This document shows positions 19,283 through 30,200 of a stretch of DNA of 64,000 bases, piece by piece (the first letter of the stretch is position 1; each line of letters begins with the position of its first letter). The stretch covers positions 22,716 to 86,715 of the forward strand of contig JBFWUM010000012.1 of the NCBI GenBank assembly GCA_050247255.1, read 5' to 3'. A model generated the notes under the pieces. It was given only the letters and a program-made list of their open reading frames with translations, searched no databases and was not told where the DNA came from. Made by a program: the position numbers and the translations under genes. Source of the DNA: Vicinamibacterales bacterium (GTDB lineage Bacteria > Acidobacteriota > Vicinamibacteria > Vicinamibacterales > UBA2999).

Positions 19283-19932
19283 CAGTCAACGGGATCCCAG
19301 ATGAGCACGCGCACCGGCGTCGGGTTGTAGCCGTTGCAGGGGTTGTTCAGCTGCGGGCAGTTGCTGATCACCGCCAGGACGTCCATCTCGGCGCGCATCT
19401 CCACATACTTCCCCGGCGCCGACACGCCGTCCTCGAACGTCAGCTTCCCCTCCGGGGTGACCGGCACGTTCATGAAGAAGTTGATGTTGTGCGTGATGTC
19501 GCGCTTCTCCAGCCCGTGCCCCCAGCCCACGATCGCCTTGACGAAGCTCTGGCGGCAGGCGTGCATGTGCCGCTTCTCGATCGCGTAGCGCACCATGTTG
19601 CTCTCGGTGGCGCAGGCGCCGCCGAGCGTGTCGTGGCGGCCGCAGGTGTCGGCGACGATCGTCAGCAGCGTGTTGCCGCGCGACGACACCAGCCGCGTGC
19701 CGGCGGTCAGGTAGATGCTGCCCTGCTCGCGTATGGTGTCCTGCGCCGAGTAGCGATCCGCGGTGTCGCGCGCGTTGTAGAACAGGGTGTCAGCCGCCTG
19801 GTTGCCCTCGAGATCGACGATGCGGAAGTGCTGCCCCTCGCGGATTTCGTGGATCCACGGCTCGCCGGCGGGCACGACCTCGTCGTGCACGGCCAGCGCC
19901 GGGTCGAGTGGGCTCTCGATCAGGGCGGTCAC
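19282..19932 (-). CDS. Urea-carboxylase-associated protein, DUF1989 family (type 2; carboxyguanidine deiminase subunit-like)
   Basis: [18 protein letters not shown] and the C-terminal [16 protein letters not shown] are typical of DUF1989. Start chosen at GTG 19932 (GTGA overlap with the upstream stop) rather than the ORF-track start at 19992, which would overlap by 63 nt. Confidence 0.8.
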   Translation of the reverse strand: MTALIESPLDPALAVHDEVVPAGEPWIHEIREGQHFRIVDLEGNQAADTLFYNARDTADRYSAQDTIREQGSIYLTAGTRLVSSRGNTLLTIVADTCGRHDTLGGACATESNMVRYAIEKRHMHACRQSFVKAIVGWGHGLEKRDITHNINFFMNVPVTPEGKLTFEDGVSAPGKYVEMRAEMDVLAVISNCPQLNNPCNGYNPTPVRVLIWDPVD

Positions 19933-20666
19933 AGGAAGTACCTCTCCGTGAGCGTGAAGCCGCGGGCGTTCTCGGGTCTCGACAGCCGGCACTCATCGTC
20001 CGCGGCCGGCGGTGCCACGCGCCGGACCGACAGCGCGGCCGGCTTCGGGTCATAGTGCGCGTTGGGATCGAGCGGGTGCTGGCAGGTGTTGAGGATGACC
20101 AGCACGTTCATCTCGGCGCGCAGCTCCACGTGACTGCCGGCCGCCGAGTGGCCGGCCACGAAGACCATCCGCCCGGCGTCGTCCACCTGCACCTTGCTGA
20201 ACAGGTTGAGCGGGGCGACCATGTCGCGCTCGCCCAGGCCGTACTTCGCCAGCTCGATGACGAAGCTGTCGAACGCATTTCGGTGACAGGCGTTGAGGTG
20301 CTCCTGGTACCGCGCGCCGCCGTACTTGGCCTCGACGAGCGCGGCGTTGGCACACCCGCTGAGCGGATCGTGCCAGCCGACGCTGTCGCTGGTCATCGAG
20401 CAGAGGATGCGCCCCATGTCGGAATAGAGCACGAACCCGCGTGTGAGGCGCGCGATGTGCTGCGCCTTCAGCGTGTCCGGCATGTTGTACCGCTCGGTCG
20501 GGTTGTCGGCGTTGTAGAACAAGGCTCCGACATTGGCGCCGCCCGCGACATCCGTGATGCGCAGCGCCGTGCCGCGCTTCAACACGTGCGACCAGGTCGC
20601 GCCCGGCTCTACCCGATCGTCGAACAACGGAATGTGTGGGCCGGCGTCAGCCGGCCCGGATTCCAT
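19929..20666 (-). CDS. Urea-carboxylase-associated protein, DUF1989 family (type 1; carboxyguanidine deiminase subunit-like)
   Basis: [36 protein letters not shown] and NTCQHPLDP. Paralogous to the next gene. ATG 20666 shares one nt with the upstream stop; ATG 20693 is an alternative. Confidence 0.8.
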   Translation of the reverse strand: MESGPADAGPHIPLFDDRVEPGATWSHVLKRGTALRITDVAGGANVGALFYNADNPTERYNMPDTLKAQHIARLTRGFVLYSDMGRILCSMTSDSVGWHDPLSGCANAALVEAKYGGARYQEHLNACHRNAFDSFVIELAKYGLGERDMVAPLNLFSKVQVDDAGRMVFVAGHSAAGSHVELRAEMNVLVILNTCQHPLDPNAHYDPKPAALSVRRVAPPAADDECRLSRPENARGFTLTERYFL

Positions 20667-21664
20667 CACGGCTGCTTCGGGTCGATGCGCCATACGTTCT
20701 CCTGACGGATGTTCGACAGCCAGACCGAGCCGTGCCCGACGCGCACCGCGTCGCCGCCCAGTCCGAACCACTGCTTCACGACGCGGTTCGTTTCCGGGTC
20801 GATCTGCGTCAGCGGCACCTCGAACACGGTGACCCAGACGAAGCCTTCGCCGTAGGCGATCTCGCCGCCGCCGCCGGGCACACCCACCTCGATGTTGGTG
20901 ACCAGCTTCCGCGTCTTCACGTCGACGCGCGAGACGGTGCCGTCGCCCTGGTTGAGCGTCCAGATGGCGCCGCCGCCGACAGTGGTGAAGCGCGGGTTCG
21001 GCCCGACCGCGACGCGATCGGTAATCAGGTTGGTCGCCGGATCGATCCGGACGATCACGCTCTCCTGCGTGCTGACGGCCCAGATCGCCTTGTCCTCGCC
21101 GAGCACGACGACCGACGACCCTTTCGGCACGGCGATCTCGGCAACGACGCGGTTGGTGTCCGGGTCGATGCGCGACAGCACGCCGCTCATGTCGCTGAGC
21201 ATCCAGATGCTGTCCTCGGTGGCGGTGAGGCCGCCCTCGCTCAGGGCCGGGCCCACCGTCAGCGTCGCCGCCACGGTGTTGGTCTTCGGATCGATCCGCT
21301 GCAACCCCTTGGTCTCGGGCTTGTCCTGCTCGCCGCAGATCGGCACCCAGATGCTGCCGAACGCCGCCACCAGCCCCGAGCACGGGCGCGTGGCGGTCTC
21401 GACCAGCGTGACCACCATGTTGGTCTTCGGGTCGAGACGTCCGACCAGGTTCTTGCGGCCGCTCGTCACCCACACCGCATCCTCGGTCACCACCTGCCAG
21501 TCCGGGTTCCCCGGGATCGGGAATTCGGCGATCGGCTTGAGCGCGGTCATCTCGCGCTTGACGCCTGGTGTGGACACGCCGGGCCGCGGCGGGCGATTCG
21601 GCTGCTGGGCGCCGACCCCGGCGACCCACACACCCAGCAACCCAACGACCACCATATTTCTCAT
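20666..21664 (-). CDS. Secreted seven-bladed beta-propeller protein (YVTN/Vgb-like repeats)
   Basis: Signal MRNMVVVGLLGVWVAGVGAQ. Seven repeats of the form xIWxxxxxxxxVxRIDPxTNxVxxxIxVG, for example LSRIDPDTNRVVAEIAV and IVRIDPATNLITDRVAVG. Confidence 0.75.
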   Translation of the reverse strand: MRNMVVVGLLGVWVAGVGAQQPNRPPRPGVSTPGVKREMTALKPIAEFPIPGNPDWQVVTEDAVWVTSGRKNLVGRLDPKTNMVVTLVETATRPCSGLVAAFGSIWVPICGEQDKPETKGLQRIDPKTNTVAATLTVGPALSEGGLTATEDSIWMLSDMSGVLSRIDPDTNRVVAEIAVPKGSSVVVLGEDKAIWAVSTQESVIVRIDPATNLITDRVAVGPNPRFTTVGGGAIWTLNQGDGTVSRVDVKTRKLVTNIEVGVPGGGGEIAYGEGFVWVTVFEVPLTQIDPETNRVVKQWFGLGGDAVRVGHGSVWLSNIRQENVWRIDPKQP

Positions 21665-21666
21665 TT

Positions 21667-23100
21667 CTAGACTCCCTCCTGTACCGCCTCGTTCAGCACG
21701 TAGTGGCGGTTCTCCGCTGTTCGGTATGTGAACTGGCATGTCAGGTAGAACGCCGCGCCGCTCAGGACCGGCGGGATCAGCGTGTCGAGGCCGGCCCACT
21801 CGGCCGGCGTGACGAAGTGCGCGACGAGGCGGGCGGCGGTGCCGACGACGATCGACGCGATGGCGCCGCTGGCGGTGGCCTTCTGCCAATAGACGCCGGC
21901 AAACAGCGGCACCACGCATCCGGCGAGGACGATGTCGAATGCCACGATCAGGAGGATGCCCGGCTCGGGGCGCAGGAACGCGACCAGCCCCGCCGCCGCT
22001 GCGGTCGGCAGGGCCATCAGCCGCGAGAGCCGCAGCATCTGCGAATCGTTCAGGTCAGGACTGCGCCAGCGCTGCACGACGTTGCGCGCCAGCACGACCG
22101 AGATCACCAGGATGGCGCCGTTGGCGGTCGACATCGACGCGCCCAGCACGCCGACGAACACCAGGACGCCGATCCAGTACGGCAGCACGTCCACGGCCAG
22201 CGTGGGCAGCACCATTCGTGGATCGGCCACGCCCGTCACGAGGGCCATGCCGGCGAGGCTGATGATGGCCACGCAGGCGCCGATGACGATCGTCATCGCG
22301 CCGCTGTAGTAGCAGCCGAGCCTCGCCGTCCGGCCGTCGCGCGCGGCGAACACGCGCTCCATGAAGTCGAGCGCCATCGCGTTGCCGAAGGCAAGCGCGA
22401 TCATCCCCGCCCAGTTCACCAGCGATCCGCTCTCGCGGTTGACCAGGGTGCTGACGTCCACCGCGCTGACCGGCACCGCGGCCAGCAGCCCTTCCAGCCC
22501 CGGCCCCAGCAACAGCCACACGGCCGCCGCCGCGAACCCGATCAGCGCGGCATAGACCTGCAGAAAGTCGGTCCACACCGCCGAATAGAGCCCGCCGGCG
22601 ATCGTGTAGGTGACGATCACCGCCGTGGTGATGACCAGCGCCGTCAGGTAGTCGGCGCCGCTGACGACCGACAGCACCCACGCCACGGCGCTCAGGTTGC
22701 CGGCAATCAGCACCGTGAAGGACACGATCGTGAGCATCGACACCAGCAGCTCGGTGCGGGCGCCGTAGCGGCGGAAGAAGAACTCCGGCAGCGTCAGCAG
22801 GTTCATCCTGTTCAACGGCGACGCCAGGAAGCGGCCGACGACGAACAGGCTGAGCCCGAGGCCGAGCGACACCATGAAGCCCGCCCAGACGCTGGCCGAA
22901 TGGCTGATGGCCACCGCCCCCAGCGTGGCGTTGCCGTCGACCGACTGCGCCATCAGCGTCGTGCCGACAACGACCAGCGGCAGTGACTTCCCGCAGACCG
23001 CGAAGCGTGTGCCCGAGCCACGGACCTTGGTGTAGGTGTAGAGGCCGATGGCCAGCGAGATCGCCATGAAGATGGCGACGGGCCAGAACATGATGGTCAT
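21667..23100 (-). CDS. Sodium:solute symporter (SSS) family transporter
   Basis: 477 aa, ~13 TM segments. The N-terminus FAVCGKSLPLVVVGTTLMAQSVDGNATLG is typical of the SSS family, to which the eukaryotic urea transporter DUR3 belongs. Confidence 0.85.
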   Translation of the reverse strand: MTIMFWPVAIFMAISLAIGLYTYTKVRGSGTRFAVCGKSLPLVVVGTTLMAQSVDGNATLGAVAISHSASVWAGFMVSLGLGLSLFVVGRFLASPLNRMNLLTLPEFFFRRYGARTELLVSMLTIVSFTVLIAGNLSAVAWVLSVVSGADYLTALVITTAVIVTYTIAGGLYSAVWTDFLQVYAALIGFAAAAVWLLLGPGLEGLLAAVPVSAVDVSTLVNRESGSLVNWAGMIALAFGNAMALDFMERVFAARDGRTARLGCYYSGAMTIVIGACVAIISLAGMALVTGVADPRMVLPTLAVDVLPYWIGVLVFVGVLGASMSTANGAILVISVVLARNVVQRWRSPDLNDSQMLRLSRLMALPTAAAAGLVAFLRPEPGILLIVAFDIVLAGCVVPLFAGVYWQKATASGAIASIVVGTAARLVAHFVTPAEWAGLDTLIPPVLSGAAFYLTCQFTYRTAENRHYVLNEAVQEGV

Positions 23101-24074
23101 CGCCGCGGCTCCCGCGGGCTCAGGATGACGTCTCGCAGCACGACGCGCCGCAGCTGGCCGTTCAACCCCCGGATGGCGTCGTTGAGCTCCAGCAGCACGC
23201 CGCGCGTCAGCTCGAGGGTGTGCTCCTCCGGCTGGTACGCCGTGCCGCGCGGGTAGTCGACGAATGGCGTGCTGGTCTGCTCGATGTGAGTGCCGAGGAT
23301 GTGCGCCACCGGCTTGTCGGCGGTGAAATCCACCAGCCGCTGATGGCTGGCCGCGAACGTCGCGAACTCGGCGTCGCCGACATACAGCCGGCCGGGATAG
23401 AAGCTGTCACCGGTCAGCAGCACGCCGGTCTGCCGGTCGTAGAGCGCGATGCCCGCCACGTCGTGTCCTGGAATCGGGATCAGGTCGACGATGCGCCGGC
23501 CGAGGTCGATCTCGACGATGTCGGTCGGCCAGGTCGTGATGCCGAACGCCGTCCGCAGCGTCTCCACGGTCGCCGGCACCAGCCTGACGTTGGCCAGGTT
23601 CTCGAAGCCCTTGTCTCCCGCCACGTGGTCCCCGTGCGAGTGCGAGTGAACGACGATCAGCTCGGGCGGCGTCTCGCGGTTGTTGCGCGCCTGCCACTTC
23701 GCGATCAGGTCCATCACGACCGGCGCCGTGTCGATCCGGCCCGCGCCGGTGTCCTCCAGCAGGACTTTGTCGCGCCCGAAGATGAGGAACAGGAACGGCT
23801 TCTCGTAGTGGATGCACCCGGACTGCCGCAGGATGAAGAAGTTCGGGTTGTATTCGTGCACCTGGAACGCCGGCTGCTCCATGCACTTCGGCCCGCCCGA
23901 CATCCACCCCGTCGGCAGCACGCCGGGCTCGATGAATGCCGAGGGCGGGTGCGGCGGCGCCGCCTGCGCTGCGCCGGCCGGAGCCTGGGCGCGGGCGGGC
24001 CGGCTGAAGCCGGCCCCTACGTACGGAAAACCGGCCCCGACGAGAACGAGAGCGATCACGGCGGCTCGGGTCAT
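23097..24074 (-). CDS. Secreted metallo-beta-lactamase-fold hydrolase
   Basis: Start at ATG 24074 (MTRAAVIALVLVGAGFPYVGAG signal), overlapping the upstream stop. Contains the HSHSHGDH (HxHxDH) zinc motif. Confidence 0.8.
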   Translation of the reverse strand: MTRAAVIALVLVGAGFPYVGAGFSRPARAQAPAGAAQAAPPHPPSAFIEPGVLPTGWMSGGPKCMEQPAFQVHEYNPNFFILRQSGCIHYEKPFLFLIFGRDKVLLEDTGAGRIDTAPVVMDLIAKWQARNNRETPPELIVVHSHSHGDHVAGDKGFENLANVRLVPATVETLRTAFGITTWPTDIVEIDLGRRIVDLIPIPGHDVAGIALYDRQTGVLLTGDSFYPGRLYVGDAEFATFAASHQRLVDFTADKPVAHILGTHIEQTSTPFVDYPRGTAYQPEEHTLELTRGVLLELNDAIRGLNGQLRRVVLRDVILSPREPRR

Positions 24075-25831
24075 CGGTACTCCACGTTCTTGAAGGGCCA
24101 CTTCGCCGCCACCCACTCGCGCACCGCCTTCTCGAGCTTCGGCTCGAGGCCCGCCTCGGCGCCCACTTTGGTGACCCACAGGCGCACCGTGGCGTCGTAG
24201 CCCTGCGTCGCACTCGGGTTGATGTAGACGCACCCGAGCTCGGTCTGCTTGTCCGGCGTCAGCACGCCCCAGGCGAACGCCGTGTGATGCTGGAACTCCC
24301 AGCGGTGACGTTTCAGCTCGCCGTAGTCTTCCGCCTTTGTGATCGTCATCGGCGAGCTGCGATCGGCCCGATCCATCAGCGCCCCGTAGTCAGGATCGAG
24401 AATGCCGGGCTCGAGGATGTTCCAGACGTAGCCGGCCAGCGCCGGCGGTCCGGGCGCGACGAAGTTGGCAGGCACGAACAGCGTCTGCTTCATCGCCACG
24501 TCGAGCGGCGTCGTCGGCGACGCCGCGACGAGCGGCTCGGAGCAGGCGGCGCCGGCACAGACCTGGTAGGCGATCCAACGCGGCCGATCGCCCGTGAACG
24601 TCGCTTCGAGGTGAGCGCCGGCGGCGACGAACGGCGTCTCCGCCGACGCGCCGTTGAGCGTGGTCCTCAGCGTGAGCGGCGGCTTCGCCGCGGCGAGCGG
24701 CCCTCCGCCGACAAAGTCGGCGCGGAACGTCGTCGGCTGGCCGGGGAACCAGACATCGAGGTCTTCGACCAGCAGATCGGCGCTGCCGTCCTGGTCCAGG
24801 TCGACCCGCTGGGCCTTGCTCGTCCACGACGCCGGGACGAGGTCGAGCACCCGGGCGGCCTGGATGCGCCACACGTTGTTGAAGCGGCCGTTCGACAGCC
24901 AGATCGCCCCGTGCAGCACGCGCATGCCATCGCCGCCGGGACCGACGAACTGGTGGGTCACCGTGTTGGTGTGCACGTCGATCCGCGAGAGCGGGACGTC
25001 GTGGATCGTCACCCACACCGAGCCCTCGTCCGCCGCGATGTCGCCGCCGGTGCCCGGCACGCCGACCTGAATGGTCGCCGCCAGCTTCAGCGTCGACGGA
25101 TCGATCTTGCTGACGCTGCCGGTCCCCTGGTTCAGCGTCCACACGTAGCCTTCGCCCGCCGACATGAAGCGCGGACGCGGGTCGACCGGGATCTCGGCGA
25201 TGACCGTGTTGCTCGCCGGATGAATCACCGACACGATGCTCGTCTCGGTGCTCGAGACCCACACGCGCCCGTAGCCGTAGACGGCGGTGAACGAGCCGGC
25301 CGGCAGCGCGATCGTGGCGAGAATGTCGTTGCTGACGGCATCGATGCGCGCAATCGCGTTGCCCTTGTCGGTCGGCATCCAGATCGAGCCGGCGCCGTAG
25401 GCAATGCCGCCCTCGTTGTTCGCCGGCGCGACCGGCACCTTCGACACCACCTGGTTCGTGGTCGTGTCGATGCGATAGATCACCCCTTCGGTACAGCTCG
25501 GTGCCCACAGCGTGCCGGCAGCAATCGCGAGACCCGAGCAGGGATCCTTCACCGCCACCATCGCGACGGTCTCCCCCGTGTCGGGATCCATCCGCACGAC
25601 GAGATCGGAGCGGCGGTTGTTCGTCCAGATCTGGTCCTCGCCGGCCGCGAGCCAGTCGGGGCCGCCCGGCGTCGGGTACTCGGCGTCCGGCACGAGCATC
25701 GACACCGGGTACTGCACGGCCGGCACACCCGGCTTCGGCGGCGGCGTGGCCTGCTGGGCGTGGAGGGGCCGGCTGACGCCGGCCCCCGCCGCATACACGA
25801 GTACTGTCAGAAGGAGCGCAATTCGTCTCAT
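24071..25831 (-). CDS. Secreted seven-bladed beta-propeller (paralog of 20666..21664) with a ~250-aa C-terminal extension of unknown family
   Basis: Signal MRRIALLLTVLVYAAGAG. Shares PGGPDW..DPCSGL..G.LW.PSC.E and the RIDxxTNxV repeats with the shorter paralog. The extension runs from ~ARVLDLVPASW to the end. Confidence 0.75.
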   Translation of the reverse strand: MRRIALLLTVLVYAAGAGVSRPLHAQQATPPPKPGVPAVQYPVSMLVPDAEYPTPGGPDWLAAGEDQIWTNNRRSDLVVRMDPDTGETVAMVAVKDPCSGLAIAAGTLWAPSCTEGVIYRIDTTTNQVVSKVPVAPANNEGGIAYGAGSIWMPTDKGNAIARIDAVSNDILATIALPAGSFTAVYGYGRVWVSSTETSIVSVIHPASNTVIAEIPVDPRPRFMSAGEGYVWTLNQGTGSVSKIDPSTLKLAATIQVGVPGTGGDIAADEGSVWVTIHDVPLSRIDVHTNTVTHQFVGPGGDGMRVLHGAIWLSNGRFNNVWRIQAARVLDLVPASWTSKAQRVDLDQDGSADLLVEDLDVWFPGQPTTFRADFVGGGPLAAAKPPLTLRTTLNGASAETPFVAAGAHLEATFTGDRPRWIAYQVCAGAACSEPLVAASPTTPLDVAMKQTLFVPANFVAPGPPALAGYVWNILEPGILDPDYGALMDRADRSSPMTITKAEDYGELKRHRWEFQHHTAFAWGVLTPDKQTELGCVYINPSATQGYDATVRLWVTKVGAEAGLEPKLEKAVREWVAAKWPFKNVEYR

Positions 25832-25839
25832 GCCGCTCC

Positions 25840-27288
25840 CTACGCGATGATGTCGTGAATGACCTTGCCCTCGGTATCCGTCAGCCGGAAGTTCCGTCCG
25901 CTGTAGTGATACGTGAGCTTGGTGTGATCGATCCCGAGCAGGTAGAGCATCGTCGCGTGCAGGTCGTGCATGTGCACCTTGTTCTCGACCGCCTTGAAGC
26001 CGAAGTCATCGGTCGCGCCGTACGACATGCCGCCCTTGATGCCGCCGCCCGCCAGCCAGATCGAGAACCCGGTGACGTTGTGATCGCGGCCGTTCACCAC
26101 GCCGGCGACGTTCTCGTTCGCCGTCTGGATCGCTGGCGTGCGCCCGAACTCCGTGGCGCCGACGATCAACGTGTCCTCGAACAGCCCGCGCTGCTTCAGG
26201 TCCTTGATCAGCGCCGCGTAGGCCTGATCGGAGTCCCTGGCGAGCTTCCGGTAGGTCATGATGTCGTTGTGCGCGTCCCACGGGTCGCCCTTGCCGTAAT
26301 AGGTCTGCACGAAGCGGACGCCCTTCTCGACCAGCCTCGCCGCCATCAGGCAGCCGAGCGCCGTATTGCCGGGCCCGTACATCTCGAGCGTCGCCTTGCT
26401 CTCCTTGCTGACGTCGAACACGTTGGGCGCGTCGGTCTGCATCCGGAACGCGGTCTCCATCGTCTCGATCGACGCGTCGAGGTCTGAGTCGCGCTCCCGC
26501 ACCCGTTCGAGGTGCATCTCGTTCATGTGGCGCAGGAACCCGATGTCACGCAGCTGCCGCTCTTCCGGCGCGCTGCGGACGATGTTGGGGATGACCTTGT
26601 CGGCCTGGAACGCCTCGTCTTCCACCCACTTGTTGTGGACCAGCGTGCCCTGGTGCACCGCCGGCAGGAACGCCGACGTCCACAGCGGGCTGCCGATGGT
26701 CAGCGGCTCGGTCGGCGTCAGCACGACGAACCCCGGCAGGTTCTCGTTCATCGTGCCGAGACCGTAGGTGACCCACGAGCCCATCGACGGGCGGCCGAGG
26801 AAGTTGGCGCCGGTGTTGAGCATGGTCAGGCTCGGCTCGTGGTTCGGGATATCGGCATACATCGACTTGACGACGCAGATGTCGTCGGCGACGCCGCCGA
26901 GGTGCGGCCAGAGATCGCTGATCTCGAGGCCGCTCTTGCCCCACCGCTGGAACGCGAACGGCGACTTCATCAGGTTGCCGGTCTTGCGCTGCGTCAGGAT
27001 CGGTCCGCCCGGCGTCGGCTGGCCGTGGTACTTGTCGAGCATCGGCTTGTGGTCGAACGTGTCGACGTGCGACATGCCGCCGTTCATCATCAGGAAGATC
27101 ACCCGCTTCGCCCGCGGCTTGAAGTGCAGCTGCTTGAGCACGCCGCCGGTGGCCGGCAGGTCGAGCGCCTGCGCCTGCGCCAGCGAGGTGTTGAGCATCT
27201 GCGACAGGGCGAGCAGGCCGAAGCCGCTCCCGAGGCGGCCCAGGGCCTGGCGTCGCGTCACCGGTCGAAAAATGTGGTTGCAGGACAT
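25840..27288 (-). CDS. DUF1501 domain protein (sulfatase/phosphatase-fold, Tat-exported)
   Basis: Start at ATG 27288 (GGGAGA RBS). Tat-like TRRQALGRLGSGFGLLALSQ, and MNGGMSHVDTFDHKP typical of DUF1501. Confidence 0.85.
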   Translation of the reverse strand: MSCNHIFRPVTRRQALGRLGSGFGLLALSQMLNTSLAQAQALDLPATGGVLKQLHFKPRAKRVIFLMMNGGMSHVDTFDHKPMLDKYHGQPTPGGPILTQRKTGNLMKSPFAFQRWGKSGLEISDLWPHLGGVADDICVVKSMYADIPNHEPSLTMLNTGANFLGRPSMGSWVTYGLGTMNENLPGFVVLTPTEPLTIGSPLWTSAFLPAVHQGTLVHNKWVEDEAFQADKVIPNIVRSAPEERQLRDIGFLRHMNEMHLERVRERDSDLDASIETMETAFRMQTDAPNVFDVSKESKATLEMYGPGNTALGCLMAARLVEKGVRFVQTYYGKGDPWDAHNDIMTYRKLARDSDQAYAALIKDLKQRGLFEDTLIVGATEFGRTPAIQTANENVAGVVNGRDHNVTGFSIWLAGGGIKGGMSYGATDDFGFKAVENKVHMHDLHATMLYLLGIDHTKLTYHYSGRNFRLTDTEGKVIHDIIA

Positions 27289-27298
27289 CCGTATCTCC

Positions 27299-30200
27299 CT
27301 AGTCGATGAAGAGGAACTCGTTCGAGCTGATGAGCGCCCAGGCAAACGACCGCAGCGGCGAGTCGGGCAGCCGCTTCGGCGCGTCCTTCGCGTCCGTGCC
27401 GTCGGCCCCCTGCTCGGCCTGCGGCACCGGCGGCGGCGTGTCCGCCTGCGGCGGCTTGTCGATGAACGCCATCGACACCGAGAGCTCCTCGGGCGTCGGC
27501 CGGCGCTGGTAGATCCGCTCGAAGGCCTGCGTCACCTTCGCCTGCGGGGTCCCGGCCGTCTCGAGCGAGTCGGCGATGCGATCGGCCTGCCGCTGCACCA
27601 GGGCGCTGTTCAGGAAGAACAGCCGCTGCTGCGGCACGTTGGTCGTGTAGCGCTTCTCCGTCGAGATGGTCGCAGTCGGCAGGTCGAAGGTGGCGTGGAA
27701 GTCGGCCGGATACATCCGGCTCACCTTCGCGTAGACCGCGCGCCGCTTCATCTTGTCGTCGAGGTCCGCCGACGGCCCGCCGATGCCGGAGAGGTCGAGC
27801 TCGCCTGACGTCTGGAGCAGCAGGTCCCAGACGCCTTCCGAGTCGATCCGCTGCCGGTTCGCGCGCCAGTAGAGCGTGTTGCTCGGGTCGCGGCCGACGT
27901 TGGCGGCGATCGGCGCGGCGCTGAGCTGGTAGGTCCGGGACATCAGGATGTCCTTGTGCAGCTTCTTGAACGACCGGCCGTCGGCGATGAACTTCGCGGC
28001 CAGGAAGTCGAGCAGCTCCGGGTGGGTCGGCCGGTCGCCGGCCATCCCGAAGTTGCTCGGCGTGTCGACGATGCCGCGGCCGAAGTGCCAGCGCCAGACG
28101 CGGTTGACGATGACCCGCGCCGAGATCGGGTGGGCGATGATGTCCTCGGCGAGCTGCAACCGGCCGCTGCCCTCGGTATAGACCTTCGCCTGGCCGCGGT
28201 TGAGGATCGACGGGAACCCTCGCGGCGCGTCGACGCCGAAGGTGTAGGGGTTGCCGCGCGTGAACACCTTGAGGTCCGACGGCTGCTCCGCCTCGCCGAT
28301 GCCGTAGATGGCCGGCGGCCGCGGCGGCATCGCCTTGCGGAACGCCTCGATGTCGGCGCGCTGCCTGTCGATGTGCAGCCTGAAGTCGGCCGACAGCCGC
28401 CGTTCGAGCGCGCCGCCCGTCAGTTTGAGCACCCCGGGCACCGGCCGCGCGTTGTCGTCCATGTCCTCGGCGGTCGCCTCGGGCACGTCGCGGTCGAACA
28501 CGTCGCGCCACAGCAGCTGCTCTTCGCGGTCGAGGCTCTTCAGGTCGATCTGGTAGTTGTTCAACCGGCGTTTCTTGCCGTTCGGCAGCGGATCGGCCGG
28601 GTCCTTGTCGTCCTTGACCGATGCCAGCAGGATCTCGTTCTCCTTCGAGAGCTTGAGGTACTTCTCGTTGACCTCCGCGACCGTGGCGACGAACTCGGCC
28701 GCCAGCTTCTTCGCCTGCTCCTCGGTGCCGCCGAGCGACACCATCTCCTGCCAGGTCTTGAGCGCCGAGTAGTTGTCCGGCCGCTTCTTGAGGAAGCGTT
28801 CCCAGCGCCGCAGCAGCTCCGGATCCAGCTTCGCCTCCTCGGCGATGTCCTCGACGGTCGCCTTCTTCTCCTTGCCGAGCTTCCAGGCCGCCACCATGTA
28901 CGCCTCGGCCTGCGAGAACAGGACCTGCGCGTAGACGTCGGAGGCGTCCTCGAGGAACTGGCGCAGGTCGGCCTGCTTCTTCTCGAGGACCTTGTTCTCC
29001 TTCTCCCATTCGTCGGCGACCGACTTCGGCACCCGCGGGTACGACTTGAAGTTCGAGCTGGCGAAGATGCTCGCCATCCCGTAGTAGTCCTTCGAGTAGA
29101 TGGCGTCGTACTTGTGGTCGTGGCAGCGGGCGCAGCCCACGGTGACGCCCATGAAGGCCTTGCTGGTGACGTCGACCTTGTCGTGCCACTCGTCGGCGCG
29201 TTCGATCGGCGCCGGACTGGCCTGGAAGATCCAGATGCCGTTGCCGTGGAAGCCGAGCGCCGGCAGGTGCGAGTCGCGGATCCGGTCCGGCAGCAGATCG
29301 GCGGCCAGCTGCGCCTTGACGAACATGTCGTACGGCATGTCGTCGTTGAGCGCGCGGATCAGCCAGTCGCGATACAGGTAGGCGAACGGATACTTCTCGG
29401 TGCGGTCCGGGCGACCGCCGACGTTGTAGTCCTCTTCGCCGTAGCGGGCGACGTCCATCCAGTGGCGGGCCCAGCGCTCTCCGTAGCGCGGAGACGCCAG
29501 CAGCCGGTCGACGACCTTCTCCCAGGCGTCGGGGCTCTGGTCGTTCTCGAAGGCCTGCACCTCCTCGTAGGTCGGCATCAGGCCGGTCAGGTCATACGTG
29601 ACGCGCCGCAGCAGCGTGCGGCGGTCGGCCGTCGTCGTCGGCTTCAGGCCCTCCTTCTCGAGCCGGGCCAGCACGAACCGGTCGATGTCGGTGATCGGCC
29701 AGGCGGCGTCCTTGACCGCCGGCGGCTGGTGCGTGCCGAGCAGCTGCACCGACCAGAGGTTCTTCTGCTCGTCCGAATAGGTCTTCTGCGGGGTCGTGTC
29801 GACCGGCCAGTAGGCGCCGTCCTTCACCCAGGTGACGAAGAAGGCGATCTGCTCCTCGGTCAGCCGCGTGCCCCCCTTGGGCATCCGCAGCGTGCCGCTG
29901 TGCTTGAGCGCGGCGATGATCAGGCTGCGATCCGGGTCACCGGGAACGATCGCCGGCCCCGACGCGCCGCCCTCGAGCAACCCGGCGCGCGAATCGAGCC
30001 GCAGCCCGCCGCTCTTCTGCGCGCCGTGGCAGGCGAAGCACTGCTGCGCGAGCACCGGACGGATGTGCGTCTCGAACTGATCGCTCAGCACCGCCTCGGG
30101 CTTGGTGCCGGCCTGCACCTCGGGCCACGCGGCCCCGTCCGCGATCCACGCCTCGAGACCGGCGATGGTCGCATCGCTCAACTTGTCGGCGCCGAGCGGC

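Noticed and set aside
19933-19992. Apparent 63-nt overlap between the two DUF1989 genes, taken from the ORF-track start.
   Set aside because: An in-frame GTG at 19932 gives a GTGA start/stop overlap and a typical protein length. The longer N-terminus is probably not translated.
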